A stretch of 64,000 bases of DNA from Scyliorhinus canicula (taxonomy: Eukaryota). Below the pieces are notes generated by a model that ran no database searches, was not told the DNA's origin, and saw only the letters and a program-made list of their open reading frames with translations. The stretch's first letter is position 1. Each line of letters begins with the position of its first letter. The position numbers and the translations under genes are program-made. The DNA lies in contig NC_052164.1 of NCBI RefSeq assembly GCF_902713615.1, forward strand, positions 40,349,091 through 40,413,090, read 5' to 3'. Shown here piece by piece: positions 50,493-63,610 of this stretch.

Positions 50493-50767
50493 TAAATATA
50501 TATTTTTACAGATTTTAAGAATAAATTATATTTTGGGGCAGAAAGTCGTTCATCAGAGGAATGAAAGGTTAAGAGAGAGTGAGATAGGGAGATTAAGATA
50601 CTTCGAGCGGGCCCGATAGTTGCAGCAGGGAAAGTAATTTGAGAGGAAGAGTTGGTCAGAGGGAGGGACATAGTATCAGGGGTTAGAGATAATGCGATAG
50701 TGAATGCGATAAGAGAGTCACACGGTTAATGGGTTCGAGCTCAGTGTTGTGAAGCTTCACATCACCC

Positions 50768-50845
50768 GGGGGCAGCAAGTTGGTGTAGAGGGAGGCTCAG
50801 TATTGGGGGTGCAGTAAGGTGGTGTAGAGGGAGGCTCAGTATTGG
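50768..50845. repeat. Promoter minisatellite, 2 units (inverted)
   Basis: Reverse complement of the same unit. Confidence 0.9.
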
Positions 50846-51426
50846 GGGTGGGGGGGGGGGGGTTGCAGGGGGAACATGTATTTGGGGCTGGATTTGATCA
50901 TACGGATTATAGAGACACCTAGAGCGGGAATCCAGTGCGGCGGCTTTTCGAGCTGACCCGTGGCCCATTGCCTCAGAAATGCACCGCGACCCGGTGTGTT
51001 CACATCGCGCTTGTCCTCTCCACACTTCACAGCTTGAACATTGCAGAGAGCCCGGCTCAGAGCCCAGGCTCCCCGCTCCATGGACACTGACTCCGCTCCC
51101 ATTGAGCTGTCCCACAATCTGCTCTTTCACTGGCACAACTTGCTCATTTCCCGCTGCTTTTCTGGAGCCGTTTTCAATAGTTTGACTGAAAGTATATTTC
51201 ATCTGCTCCGATTCCGAGGGTGAAAGTGATTCCGCTCCCTCTCCTTTCACCCCGTTTCTTTCTTGTCTCTCTCTCTCTCTCCCGGGGAAGCGGCCGCCTC
51301 AGTTTCTCTCTGGAAGTGAACCTTGTTGTCAGTTTGTTCCAAAAGCGAAAGTGCCTCAGGGAAAGTGAAGGCGTTTTGTCATTCCCGAGAGGGAGGAGAG
51401 TTTGTGAAGCCAGCAGCTCCTCACTG

Positions 51427-51641
51427 GTCTCCCCGTGTGTGCGTGGGTTTCCTCCCACAGTCCAAAGATGTGCAGGTTCGGTGGATTGGCCATGATAAAT
51501 TGCCCTTAGTGTTGGGTCGGGTTACTGGGTTATGGGGATAGGGTGGAGGTGTGGGCTTGGGTGGGGTGCTCTTTCAAAGAGCCGGTGCAGACTCGGTGGG
51601 CCGAATGGCCTCCGTCTGCACTGTAATTCTATGATTCTATG
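51427..51641 (+). mobile_element. 5'-truncated V-SINE inside the enhancer copy of C
   Basis: V-domain and tail; absent from the other enhancer copies. Confidence 0.8.
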
Positions 51642-53835
51642 AGAGGCCTGAGGGGGAAATGGGAAGCGGTTCTCGATATTCGGGATATCCCAGATTCCAC
51701 AGGGAATGTCACCCAATCGCTCTCAGCTGGAAGTCGGATAGAAATCAGCATTTCCAGCTTCACCAAATAAAAATCTCTGGGCACTCACTGATATCTGTGC
51801 CAAGTGTGACCTATTTTACTCATTGGTGGGATGAAAAGATTTTCCACTCCAATTCATTGCCAATGACCAAAAGGGACATCTGCCATGTACCAGCACAATC
51901 AGTCTGAATATTAAAATTGAATTTGTAAAAATATCTCAAAATATTGATGCATATATTTAAGGGTGTTACCAGGTGCAATTTGACTTAAACGCAGAGGCAT
52001 TTTAAGGACATGATCGATTTATTGTCTGTTAGAAACCTGATTGAACATTATTGAAAGTAACACAAGCTCAATCTTTGGTGACAGTGTGGTGGAATAGTCT
52101 TTTTGTTTTCAAATTAAAATGTTATTTTATGCAACTATTACTGTCATCACACCCAAATTGTCAAATGTAGTTTTTGGAGCCTATCGAAGGCCTGTAAATT
52201 TTTCTAGTGATCATCCATTGATCCTGAGCTGAGATCAGTTTTGTGTGTGGGGCCAGTTTTCAATATGAGTTTGATTTGAAAACAAACCTACATTCATGCA
52301 GTGCCCTTCCTGACCACAGAACATCACAAAGTACTCGACAGCTGATGAAGTACATTTGAGGTATTGTGACTGTAGTAATATAGGAAACACGTTTGCCAAA
52401 TTTGTGCTTCACTTATCAACACCAGTGTTGTGATCAAGAACAGACAAACGCCCCAACACATAAATTAGGAGCATCATAGGCCACTCGGCCTCACCATCCT
52501 ATCCCACCATTCAATAGAATCCTATTTGATCTGATTGTAAACTCTGATTGCTCCAAGTGTCATTAATCTTTCAAATTCTCCACGCTGCACAGAAGCAGGA
52601 TCATTGAATACATCCAAGCCTGAGTTGGATAATTGTCTGATCAATAAGTGAGTCAAAGGTTATGGGGGTAAGTAGGAAAGTGGATAAGGCCACAATCAGA
52701 TCACTTAAGACAAAATTGAATGATGGAGCAGAATTGGTCTACTCCTCCTTCTTGTGTACTGATGTAATACAGTCAGCATTTAACATGCATATTTCAGGAA
52801 AGTGCAAATCATGATGCCACGTAAGCGATTTTCAGCCACACTCTCTACCCATTCTCTTTCTTACTCGTTGCCTGATATCTCTCCCAACCAGTTGTTTGGA
52901 TTTCCCAATCTTATTCTTTTGCTTTTTCAAAATTCTATCAGATGAATTGCACATCACTAGTCAGGCCAGCATTTGTTGCCCATCCCTATTTGCCCTTGAG
53001 GTACATTGATTCCAGGCCATATCAAGGGGCTGTGCAGCTGTTAAAAGGCAACCACATTGTTGTTGGTCTGCAGCCACATGTAAGCCAGAGCGGGGATGGA
53101 GTACCGATTTCCTTCCCTAACAGACATGAGTGAATCAGGCCGGTTTTTCAAACAATGTCATGCTTACCATTACTGCGATAAAAAAAATTATTCCACATTG
53201 ATTAACTAAATTTAAATCCCATCAAATACCATTGTGTGATTTGTACCAACATCCCCTGAGTATAAGCCTGGGTTTCTGCATCATTAGATCGCAAAATTGT
53301 CACCTTAGCTCTGCAACTGCAATTTTACAGGCCTACGAGGAGGCTCCAAAAAGTAAATTTGACAATTTGGCTGTGAGGACAGTAATTGTTTCACAAATTA
53401 ACTTTTTAATTTGGAAACAAAAAGACTAATACACCCCAGTGTCACCAGACATTAAGCCTGTTTCATTTTCAGTAATGTTTAAATAGGTTTCTAACAGAGA
53501 ATGAAGCAATGCTGTCATTAAAATGCATCTGCGTTTAAAACAAATTGCACCTGGTAACACCCTTAAATATATGCATCAAAATTTTGAAATATTTGTACAA
53601 ATTCAATTTTAATATTCAGTCTGATTGTGCTGGTTCATGGCAGATATCACGTTTGTTGATTGGTAATGAATTGCAGTGGAAAATCTTTCAGATGGTCGGC
53701 GCAGACTCGATGGGCTGAATGGCCATCTTCTGCTCTGTCGGGATTGTATGATTTTATGAATTAGAGATGAGAAACGCACCGTGGTCTTCCCAGCGACCCT
53801 CATATCCCATCAATGAATAAAATAAGTGAAATTTG

Positions 53836-56800
53836 TTCCAGTGGCGGCTACGTAGGAGTAAGTCGCACATCTGGTGGCTCCTGCTCTGGTCGGACATTTG
53901 GACCTTTTCCCCCGATATTTATAACGGACTTGAATTGTAGAACGGATGTTGGTGGCAATTCTCTACTCAATTCCCACTTCGGTGAATGGAGAAAAGGACT
54001 ATACGTGTTTGTAAGGGCAGAAACAAGAAGACAGAGAAGACTTGGGCTGTAGTTGCAAAACGGGCAGCATGGTGGAGGGGCGAACCTCTAGCTTGTTGAC
54101 CCAGCAGTCTATGGAGCAGCTGAAGCAAGTCATCCAGGAGGGCTTGGTGCCACAGAAACAGGACTGCTTGGATCCGATAAAAGCATTGATTGAGCGGTTG
54201 GAGCTCAGGTTGGACGCCCAGGATTGGGTTATCCAGAAGGTGGTGAAGGCGGTGGCTGAGCAGGAGGGGCATCAGAATGCAGTGGAGCTGGAGGTAGGGA
54301 TGCTGAGGGACCAGCAAAGAAAGCTACTGGAGAAGATGGAGGACCTAGAGAATAGGTCGCGCTGACAGAAACTAACAATTGTCGGGCTCCCAGAGGGGTC
54401 CGAAGGAACAGACACTGGGGCATGCATCGCAGGCATGTTTGAGAAGCTGCTGGGGGATGGGGCATTCTCCCAGCCCTTGGAGGTGGAGAGGCCTCACAGA
54501 GCACCTGCAAAGAAGCTGCAAATGGGAGACCCCCCCCCCCCCCCCGAGGGCTATGGTGGTGAGATTCCACAGGTTCTCAGATAAGGAGTGCATTCTGCAG
54601 TGGGCCAAGCAGACACGGAGCTGTAAGTGGGACAATAGCATCCTGCGGGTTTGCCAAGACCTGAGTGTGGAGGTGGCCAGGAGGAGAGCGGGCTTCAATC
54701 AGATCAGGGTGATCCTTTTCAAGAAAAAGGTGAAGTTTGGACTGTTATACCCAGCCCTTCTCTGCATGAGGATCAGCACTTTTACTTTGAGTCACCTGAG
54801 GACACGTTAGACTTTGCAAGAAAGAAAGGGCTGATGAAGGACTGGGAATTTTTTGAACTTGGCTGCAGCGTTTGTGTTTCTGTTTTCTCTGTTTCGTTTC
54901 TCTGTTTTTGTAAAAAGTTTCTTGTTTTGCTTGGAACCAGCAGTAGGGCTGAGTGAGTTTAGGTTTTCATTTGCACTGTTGGGAGATGGAGGTAGAACAT
55001 AGAACATAGAACAGTACAGCACAGAACAGGCCCTTCGGCCCTCGATGTTGTGCCGAGCAATGATCACCCCACTTAAACCCACGTAACCTGTACACCCGTA
55101 ACCCAACAATCCCCCCATTAACCTTACACTACGGGCAATTTAGCATGGCCAATCCACCTAACCCGCACATCTTTGGACTGTGGGAGGAAACCAGAGCACC
55201 CGGAGGAAACCCACGCACACACGGGGAGGACGTGCAGACTCCACACAGACAGTGACCCAGCCGGAAATCGAACCTGGGACCCTGGAGCTGTGAAGCATTG
55301 ATGCTAACCACCATGCTACCGTGGTGTGCTTGTTTTGATCTTGATGCTTTTCTGTTGGGAAATTGTGTGGAGTTTAATGTTTGATGCTGGATGTTGTAGT
55401 TTGTTTGCATGAGTGGAGGAGGAGGGTGGGGAGGGAACAATAGGTGGAAGACTATCTGGCGCCGGGGGTGGGGGCCACCAAGCTAGCTGGGCGAGCTAGC
55501 TCTCTGATGCTCAGTGGGGGTGTGCATATGTTTTGTTTAGGAAAGGGATTGGGTTACACGGTGTTGTTGCTAGGGGGGAGGGGGTGAATGTTTTGCTGTT
55601 GAGGGAGGGACTTGGACTGAGGGACAGAGAGGAGGTTGGTGTGGGGACTGCCTGGGGATGGACCAGTGGAGGCGCGGATCAAGGGCTGGTGGCAGGCCTA
55701 AAGAAAGGGGATAACTGATCGGCAGGGGGGTGGGGGGGGGCAATGAGCCCCCCAACTAGGATGATCACCTGGAATGTTTGAAGTTTATATGGGCTGGTGA
55801 AAAGGGCGCGTGTGTTTGCACATTTTAGGGGCTTGAAGGCGGATGTGGTAATGTTGCAGGAGATGCACATGAAGGTAATGGACCAGGTTAGACTGAGGAA
55901 AGGCAGGGTCAGCCAGGTGTTGCATTCGGGACTAGATTCAAAGACTAGAGGGGTTGCAATCCTGATCAGTAAGCGGGTGGTGTTTGAGGCAGGTAGAATA
56001 GTTTTTTCGGACGTGGGAGGGTGGTATATTATGGTCAGTGGGAAACTGGAGGGGGTGCAGGTGGTATTAGTGAATGTATACATGCCAAATTGGGATGATG
56101 TGGAGTTTATAAAGAGGATGCTGGGGAAGATACCGGATCTGGACTCACACAGGTTGGTCATGGGAGGGGACTTCAATACAGTTATGGACCCAGACTTAGA
56201 CCGGTCAAGCTCGAAAATGGACTGGGTGCCAGCAATGGTAAAGGAACTAAGAAGGTTCATGGAGCTGATGGGGCACTGGATCCATGGAGGTTTGGGCAGC
56301 CGAGGGCGATGGAGCTCTCCTTCTACTCATATGTGCATAAAATGTACTCCCGGATTGATTTCTTTATTTTGAGCAGGGTCTTTCAGGGTGGGGAACTGCA
56401 CACGGGGTACTCGGCGGTTACAATCTCAGACCATGCACTGCACTGGGTTGACCTGCAGGTTATTACAGACATTAATCAGTGCCCGCACTGGAGGTTGGTT
56501 GTGGGACTTTTGGTGGATGAAATGGTGTGTGAGTGGCTGAGGAAATGCATTCAGAGCTACCTGCAGGTCAATGATATGGGGGAAATTTCGGCAGCAGTGG
56601 TTTGGGAAGCACTGAAGGTGGTGGTAAGGGGGGAGCTGATCTCAATCCGAACTCATAGGGAGAATGTTGACAGGGCAGAGATGGACAGGCTGGTAAAGGA
56701 GATATTACAGATCGATAGGAGGTATATGGAGACCCCAGAGGCAGGGCACCTGAGGGAAGGATGGAGGCTGCAGGTGGAGTTTAGTTTGCTGACTACAGGG

Positions 56801-59560
56801 AGGGGCAATGGAGCAGCTGAGAATGGCGAGGGGACGATTTATGAACCTGGGTAGAAGGCCAGCAGAATGCTTGCACAGCAGCTTAGGAAGAGGGAGGCAG
56901 TTCGGGAGATAGGGAAAGTAAAGGATGGTGAGGGGAACCTGGTTGGTGAGTCGATAGGGGTGAATATGGCGTTTAGAAATGTTTACAGCAGGCTGCACAG
57001 GTCGGAACCTCCTATGTGGCCAGAGGGGATGAGGCACTTCTTGGAGGGCCTGAAGTTCCCAACAGTGGACGTAGAGCAGGTAAAAGGCCTGGGGGCCCCA
57101 ATTGGGCTGGAAGAGATAGTGGAGGGCTTGAAGGCCATGCAGGTGGGTAAGGCCCCGGGTCTGGACGTGTACCCAGTCGGGTTTTATTAAAAATTCTCAG
57201 GGAAACTGGGGCCAGTGTTGTTGAGGATGTTCAATGAGGCAAGGGAAAGAGGGGTGCTGCCCCTAACAATGTTGCAGGCAATGATTTAGTTGATTCTTAA
57301 GTGGGACAAGAACCCAGAGCTGTGTGGGTCCTACAAGCCGATCTCCCTGTTGAATGTGGATGCCAAGTTGCTGGTCAAAATCTTGACCTCCAGGATTGAG
57401 GGCTGTGTTCTAGACGTTATTGGGGAGGACCAGACGGGATTTGTTATGGGGAGGCAGTTGGTGGCCAATGTAAGAAGGCTGTTAAATGTGATCATGATGC
57501 ACCCGGAAGGTAGGGAGGTTGAGGTAGTGATCACAATGGATGCAGAAAAGGCTTTTGATCGGGTGAATGGGATTATCTGTGGGATGGTTTGGATTCGGGC
57601 TGGGTCAGGTTACTATATCAAGCTCCTGTGGCAAGTGTGCAGATGAACAGGACAACTTCGGACAATTTTTGACTGCCCAGGGGGCGAAACAGGGATGCCC
57701 CCTCTCCCCACTGTTGTTTGTGCTGGCTACAGAGCCGTTGGCAATTGCTCTGCGAGCTGCAAGGGGCTGGAGAACAGGGTTTCACTCTATGCGGATGAGC
57801 TGCCTCTGTACATTTCGGACCCAGTAGAAGGGATGGAGGAAACCATGAAGATCTTTGGGAAATTAGGCCGGTTGGCGGGGTGTAAGCTAAACATGGATAA
57901 GAGTGAGATATTTGAGGTTCAGGCAAGGGGATAGGAGGGGCAACTGGGGGGGCTGCCGTTTAGGTCAGTAGGGGGTAGTTTTAGGTTCCTGGGCATCCAA
58001 GTGGTGCGGGAATGGGATCGGCTGCATAAATTGAATCTGGCCTTTCTAGTGGACCAAATGAAGGACGATTTCCGGAGATGGGATGGGCTCCCGCTGTCGT
58101 TGGCCTGGAGGATACAAATGCTGAAAATGATGGTCCTGCCGAGGTTCCTATTTGTATTTCAATGTCTCCCCATTTTAATTCCGCATACCACTTTTAAGCG
58201 AGTCAACAGGGTGATCACAGGCTTTGTCTGTGTAGGCAAGACCCCGTGCGTAAGGAACATAATGCTCGAGCGGAGCCGGGAGATGGTGGGCTGGCGCTGC
58301 CAAGTTTTAGCAACGATTACTGGGCGGCTAACATAGCCATGATCAGCAAGTGGGTAGTGGGGGAGGGGTTGGCATGGGTGTGTATGGAGGTGACTTCTTG
58401 TAAGGGCACCAGTCTGGGGGCATTGGTAACTGTGCCTCTGCTGCACCCGCCGGCACAGTCTCCACCAGCCCCATGGTGGTGGCGGCCCTGAGAATTTGGG
58501 GCCAATGGAGGCGGCATGTGGGAGCAGTGGGAGCATCGGACTGGGCCCCAATTTGTGATAACTGTTGGTTTTCCCCGGGTAGTATGGATGGGGGGTTCTG
58601 GGTATGGCGGAGAGTGGGGATTGAGAGGATGGGGGATGTATTCATTAGAGGGGAGCTTTCCGGGTATGAGGGCGATGGAGGAAAAGTTTGGTCTTGCAAG
58701 GGGAAACAAATTCAGATATCTGCATGTGCGGGACTTCCTTCGTTAAACAGGTGGCAACCTTCCTGCTCCTACCGCTGAGGGGGATTCAGGACAGGCTAAT
58801 TTCCAGAGTGGGGATAGGGGAGGGGAGCATCTCAGACATCTATAAGGAGCTTATGGGCTCGGAGGAGATGCAGACTGAGGAGCTGAAGTGTAAGTGGGAG
58901 TAGGAGCTGGGAGGTGAGATAGAGGATGATTTATGGGCAGACACGTGGAGTAGAGTCAATGCATCCGCAACATGTGCCAGGCTCAACCTGATACAATTTA
59001 AGCTTGTGCACTGGGCTCACATGACAGTGGAAGTCAAATGTGCAAAATGTGCGGGAGGACCAGCGAAGCATGTGCACATGTTTTGGACATGTCCAAAGCT
59101 TCGGGGATTTTGGCAGGGGTTTGCAGGTGTCATGTCCAAGGTTTTGAAAACAAGGGTGGCGCTGGGTCCAGAGGTTGTAATTTTTGGGGTGTCGGATGAG
59201 CCGGAAATCCAGGAAGAGAGAGAGGCAGATGTTTTGGCCTTTGCTTCCCTGGTAGCCCGGAGACGTATACTATTGGCATGGAGGGTCACAAAGCCCCGAA
59301 GTCGGAGACCTGACTATAGGACTTGGGTAGCTTTCTCTGTATGGAGAAAATTAAGTTCACCTTGAGAGGTTCGCTGTTAGGGTTCCCCCGGAGGTGGCAA
59401 CCGTTCGTCAACTTTCTTGCGGAAAATTAATCGTCAGCAGACGGGGGAGTAATTTAGGTTAAAGTAGGGTTGTAATAAGGGTGGGGCCTGTACAACAGGT
59501 AAGCGCATTTTGCACAATGTTTATGGTTTCATGTATGTTGTCGATTTTGTTGTTGTTTCT
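53836..59560 (+). mobile_element. Near full-length degenerate L1-clade LINE, same family
   Basis: 5' end TTCCAGTGGCGGCT matches the other copy. ORF1 remnants at 54040-54850; ORF2 remnants at 55742-59430 ([35 protein letters not shown]); interrupted by a SINE. Confidence 0.92.
54993..55323 (-). mobile_element. Young V-SINE nested in L1
   Basis: Nearly identical to 50152-50492. Confidence 0.8.
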
Positions 59561-60039
59561 ATACCAAGGTGCTACTGAAGGAGGCTCGGCGAGAAACTGC
59601 AGTGCATCTAATGGATGGTTCGCATTGCTGCCACTGTGCACCAGTGTGGAGGGAGTGAATGTTTAAGGTTAGTGGACAGGGTGCCAATCAAGCGAGCTGA
59701 TTTGCCCAGCGTGGTGTGGGATGCTTCAGTGTTGTTGGTAGCCGCACTCATCCAGGCAAGTGGAGAGTATTCCACCATCATTCCTGCACCTTGTAGTTAG
59801 GAGACAGACGTTGGGGAGACATGAGGTGAGTCATTCGTTGCAGAATTCCCAGCTTCTGCCCTGCTCTTGTAGCCACAGTGTTTATAATGATGGTCTAGTT
59901 CTGTTTCTGGTCTGTGGTGCAACATTTTTGAATTCAACACACTAACATTCCTAATCTCAATGCTAGATTGTCATCTGCAAAATAAATGCGATGTAAAAAA
60001 TGAAAAAATGTGGCAGAGATATCAGTGAGTGGAGAATAT

Positions 60040-61860
60040 TATTTGGTGACGGTGGACATGCTGATTTCTGTCCGAGTTCCAGCTGAGAGGGATTGGGTGG
60101 CATTCCCTGTGGAAGCTGGGATATCCCGAATATCCGGAACCCTTTCCCGCCCCTCCCCCAAGCCTCTCAATGACGAGCCGCTCGCTTCACAAACTCTCCT
60201 CCCTCTCGGAAATGACAAAACGCCCTCACTTTCCCTGAGGCACTTTCGCTTTTCGAACAAACTGACAACAAGGTTAATTTCCAGAGAGAAACTGAGGCGG
60301 CCGCTTTCCCGGGAGAAAGAGAGAGAGACAAGAAAGAAACGGGGTGAAAGGAGAGAGAGCGGAATCACTTTCACCCTCGGAATCGGAGCAGATGAAATAT
60401 TCTTTCAGTCAAACTCATGAAAACGGCTCCAGAAAAGCAGCGGGAAATGAGCAAGTTGTGCCAGTGAAAGAGCAGATTGTGGGACAGCTCAATGGGAGCG
60501 GAGTCAGTGTCCATGAAGCGGGGAGCCTGGGCTCTGAGCCGGGCTCTCTGCAATGTTCAAGCTGTGAAGTGTGGAGAGGACAAGCGCGATGTGAACACAC
60601 CGGGTCCCGGTGCATTTCAGAGGCAATGGGGCCCCGGGTCAGCTCGGAAAGCCGCCCGGATTCCCGCTCTCGGTGTCTCTATAATCCGGATGATCAAATG
60701 CAGCCCCCAATACATGATCCCCCTGCACTCCCCCCCCCCAATACTGAGCCTCCCTCTACACCAGCTTACTGCTCCCCAATACTGAGCCTCCCTCTACAAC
60801 GCCTTACTGCTCCCCCCAATCCTGAGCCTCCCTCTACACCACCTTACTGCCCCCCCCCCCAACACGAAGCCTCCCTCTACACCACCTTACTGCTCCCCAA
60901 TACTGAGCCTCCCCCTATACCTCCTTACTGCCCCCCAATACTGAGCCTCCTCTACACCACCTTACTGCCCCCAATACTGAGGCTCCCTCCACACCACCTT
61001 ACTGCCCCCCCAATACTGAGCCTCCCTCTACACCACCTTACTGCCCCCCAATACTGAGCCTCCCTCTACACCACCTTACTGCCCCCCAATACTGAGCCTC
61101 CCTCTACACCACCTTACTGCCCCCAATACTGAGCCTCCCTCTACACCACCTTACTGCCCCCCAATACTGAGCCTCCCTCTACACCACCTTACTGCCCCCA
61201 ATACTGAGCCACCCTCTACACCACCTTACTGCCCCCCCCCCAATATTGAGCCTCCCTCTACACCACCTTACTGCCCCACCCCAATACTGAGCCTCCCTCT
61301 ACATCACCTAACTGCCCCCCCAATACTATGCCTCCCTGTACGCCACCTTACTGACCCCCCCCCCCCCCAATACTGAGCCTCCCTCTACACCACCTTTCTG
61401 CCCCCAATACTGAGCCTCCCTCTAATCCACCTTACTGCCCCCCGGGTGATGTGAAGCTTCACAACACTGAGCTCGAAGCCAGCGCTGCTTGGGATTTGCT
61501 CCCAGGGATTTCCCACTCGCTGCTTCCGGAATCTCCAGCTTTCAGCTTCCGACCTCAGAGAGAAACCGCACAAACTATTGATCTCCTGCAGCTCCAGCAC
61601 AGATCATCCAGCCCATTTTCACTTTTCCAATGTCATGTCCACACATTAAAGGCGACAGCATGGCAGAGCCAGTGCCAGCTCCCAGCAGAGTCCACACTCA
61701 CACTCACTCCATTCCCCAGGCGTTCGCTCCCGGATCACAAGCGGCTCCCATTCGAATTTCCAACTTTCATTTGCTTCACAAGAACCCTTCTCGCCGCTGA
61801 ACCACAAAGCCGCCGCTTTCTCATCTTTCACATCGTTGTGTGACTCTGGCTCGGTTGCTC
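60040..61860 (+). promoter_or_regulatory. Enhancer + minisatellite + promoter of stand-alone exon 1 (copy 2)
   Basis: Paralogue of 21140-22528. Confidence 0.6.
60739..61443. repeat. Promoter minisatellite, 18 units
   Basis: Same unit; central copies nearly identical. Confidence 0.95.
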
Positions 61861-61992
61861 ATGGCTCTGGCGAGTATTTGGAGGTTTGGGACGGTGTTGT
61901 TCCTCTTGTCCGGGACCCTCAGTCTGGGCTGTGACAGGCTGCAGTTACAGCAAGTTCTCAACACAGAGACACTCAGCAAACTGAATGAAATG
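61861..61992 (+). CDS. Stand-alone IFN exon 1, second copy
   Basis: 44 open codons and a GTGAGT donor. Downstream 62000-64000 parallels 22670-24510. Any partner exons would lie beyond the window end. Confidence 0.75.
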
Positions 61993-63054
61993 GTGAGTTG
62001 AACCTACAGCCAGAGCCGGATTCGAATCAAACAGCGTCTGTGTGTTTTACAAAGTCAGGAGAGGGAGAGAAAACAATCCTCTGGGGGAGATAGAATCTAA
62101 ATGTGTGAAAAAACACATCAGGTCTGACGGGTGAATGGAAATTGGACACTGAGGCGAAGAGGATGGACAGAAAGGACGGATTGTGATCTGGGGACGGGAG
62201 TGAAAGAGGATTCAGAAACAAGCCATTAACATCAATAATCTGTGTTTAATGTAATCAAACAATCACAGTGTTATCAGGAACACAGTAAAGTAAATTTGAC
62301 ATCAAGTTACGTAAGAAGGTAAAAGAAGAGATGGCTAAAAGCTGGTTAAAGAGGGAACTTTTCAGGAAGGTCTTACCGTAGGAAGGGGAGCTGGAGAAAT
62401 GCGGAGGTTTACTGAGGGAATTCCTGATCTTAATGCTGAGATAGCTGAAGACTGCGCCTCAAAAATGAACATTGGAAACCAGGAGGCCAGATCTGGAGGT
62501 GGACAGATATGTCAGAGTGTTTTCGAGGCTGGAGATGATTACAGACACAACGGAAGATTTAAAATCAAGTAGGAGAATTTAAAGATGAAGGCATTGCTTA
62601 ACTCGGCGTCAATATAAATCAGCAAACTCAGGTACGATGAGAGAACAAGATTTAGGATTTATGACAAATCCATCTCAGACTTAAATTACTTCAGGTTTAG
62701 GTTGGGGAGAATGTGGAAAGTCGATCAGGCAGGTGTAGGAGTGACCAAACCCGGAGGTAAAAGTGGATGAACATTTCAGCTTCAGAGCTGCTCAGCCAGA
62801 GAGGGGGACAAGTATGTTTGGGGGGATGGGAGTGGGCAGTCTTACTTGTGGGGCGGAATGGTCAGAAACTTATTTCAGGGTCAAAGATGACACCAAACCC
62901 AGGCAGTTTCCAGGGAGAGGGTTGGTGTCAGTGACTGGCAAAGATACATTGTATCGGGGACCATAGACAATCGTATCAGTGGTCTTAGAAGAACATGAGG
63001 AGCAGGAGCAGCCCATTCGGCCCATAGAACCCGCTGTGGCATTCAGTAAAATCC

Positions 63055-63610
63055 ATAGAATAGCATTCCTACAGTGCAGGAGGCCATTCGGCCCATCGAG
63101 GTACACCGACCCTCTGAAGAAGCATTGCCCTGATCTAACCCCATAACCTCACATGATCTGCGCATCTTTGGCACACAGGGGCAATTTAGTATGCCCAATC
63201 CACCTAACCTGCACAAAACCGGAGCGCCTGGAGGAAACCCATGCAGACACGGGGAGAATGAGCAAACTCCACACAGACAGTGACCCGAGGCTGGCATTGA
63301 ACCGGGGTGTGAGGCAGCAGTGTTAATCGCTATGCCACCGGCTGCCCCTATGGTCTGCTGGTAACTTGAACCTCACTTTTCCTGTCTGTCCATGGTGGCA
63401 CGGTGGCCCAGTGGTTAGCACTGCTGCCTCACTCGCTGAAGACCTGAGTTCGACCTGGTCCTGGATCACTGTCCGTGTGGAGTTTGCACATTCTCCCCAT
63501 GTCTCTGCGGCTTTCAGCCCCATAACCCAAAGATTTGAAGATTAGGCAGATTAGTCACACTAAATTGCCCCTTAATGGAAAAAAATAATTGGGTACTCTG
63601 AATATATTTT
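63055..63610. mobile_element. Back-to-back V-SINEs (minus then plus), paralogous to 1-390
   Basis: SINE motifs on both strands. Confidence 0.7.

Larger units (their letters stand above)
50735..51790 (-). promoter_or_regulatory. Inverted enhancer copy of pseudogene C, split by a SINE
   Basis: Reverse complement of the B-type upstream block, with a SINE at ~51427-51641. Confidence 0.5.
41295..53320 (-). repeat. Inverted B-type IFN unit (contains pseudogene C and an L1)
   Basis: Reverse-complement matches to 17820-18228, 16600-17820, 15470-16010, the enhancer block and 19670-20960. Confidence 0.85.

Noticed and set aside
41722-59560. Inversion mediated by the two oppositely oriented L1s
   Set aside because: The breakpoints (~41295, ~53320) lie outside both L1s, and the left L1 retains matching flanking repeats.
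60739-61443. CRISPR-like regular repeat
   Set aside because: Units are separated only by C-runs, not unique spacers; the context is eukaryotic and there are no cas genes.
47462-61992. Joining of a stand-alone exon 1 to the exons of pseudogene C
   Set aside because: Opposite strands, no exon 2, and no recombination signals seen.
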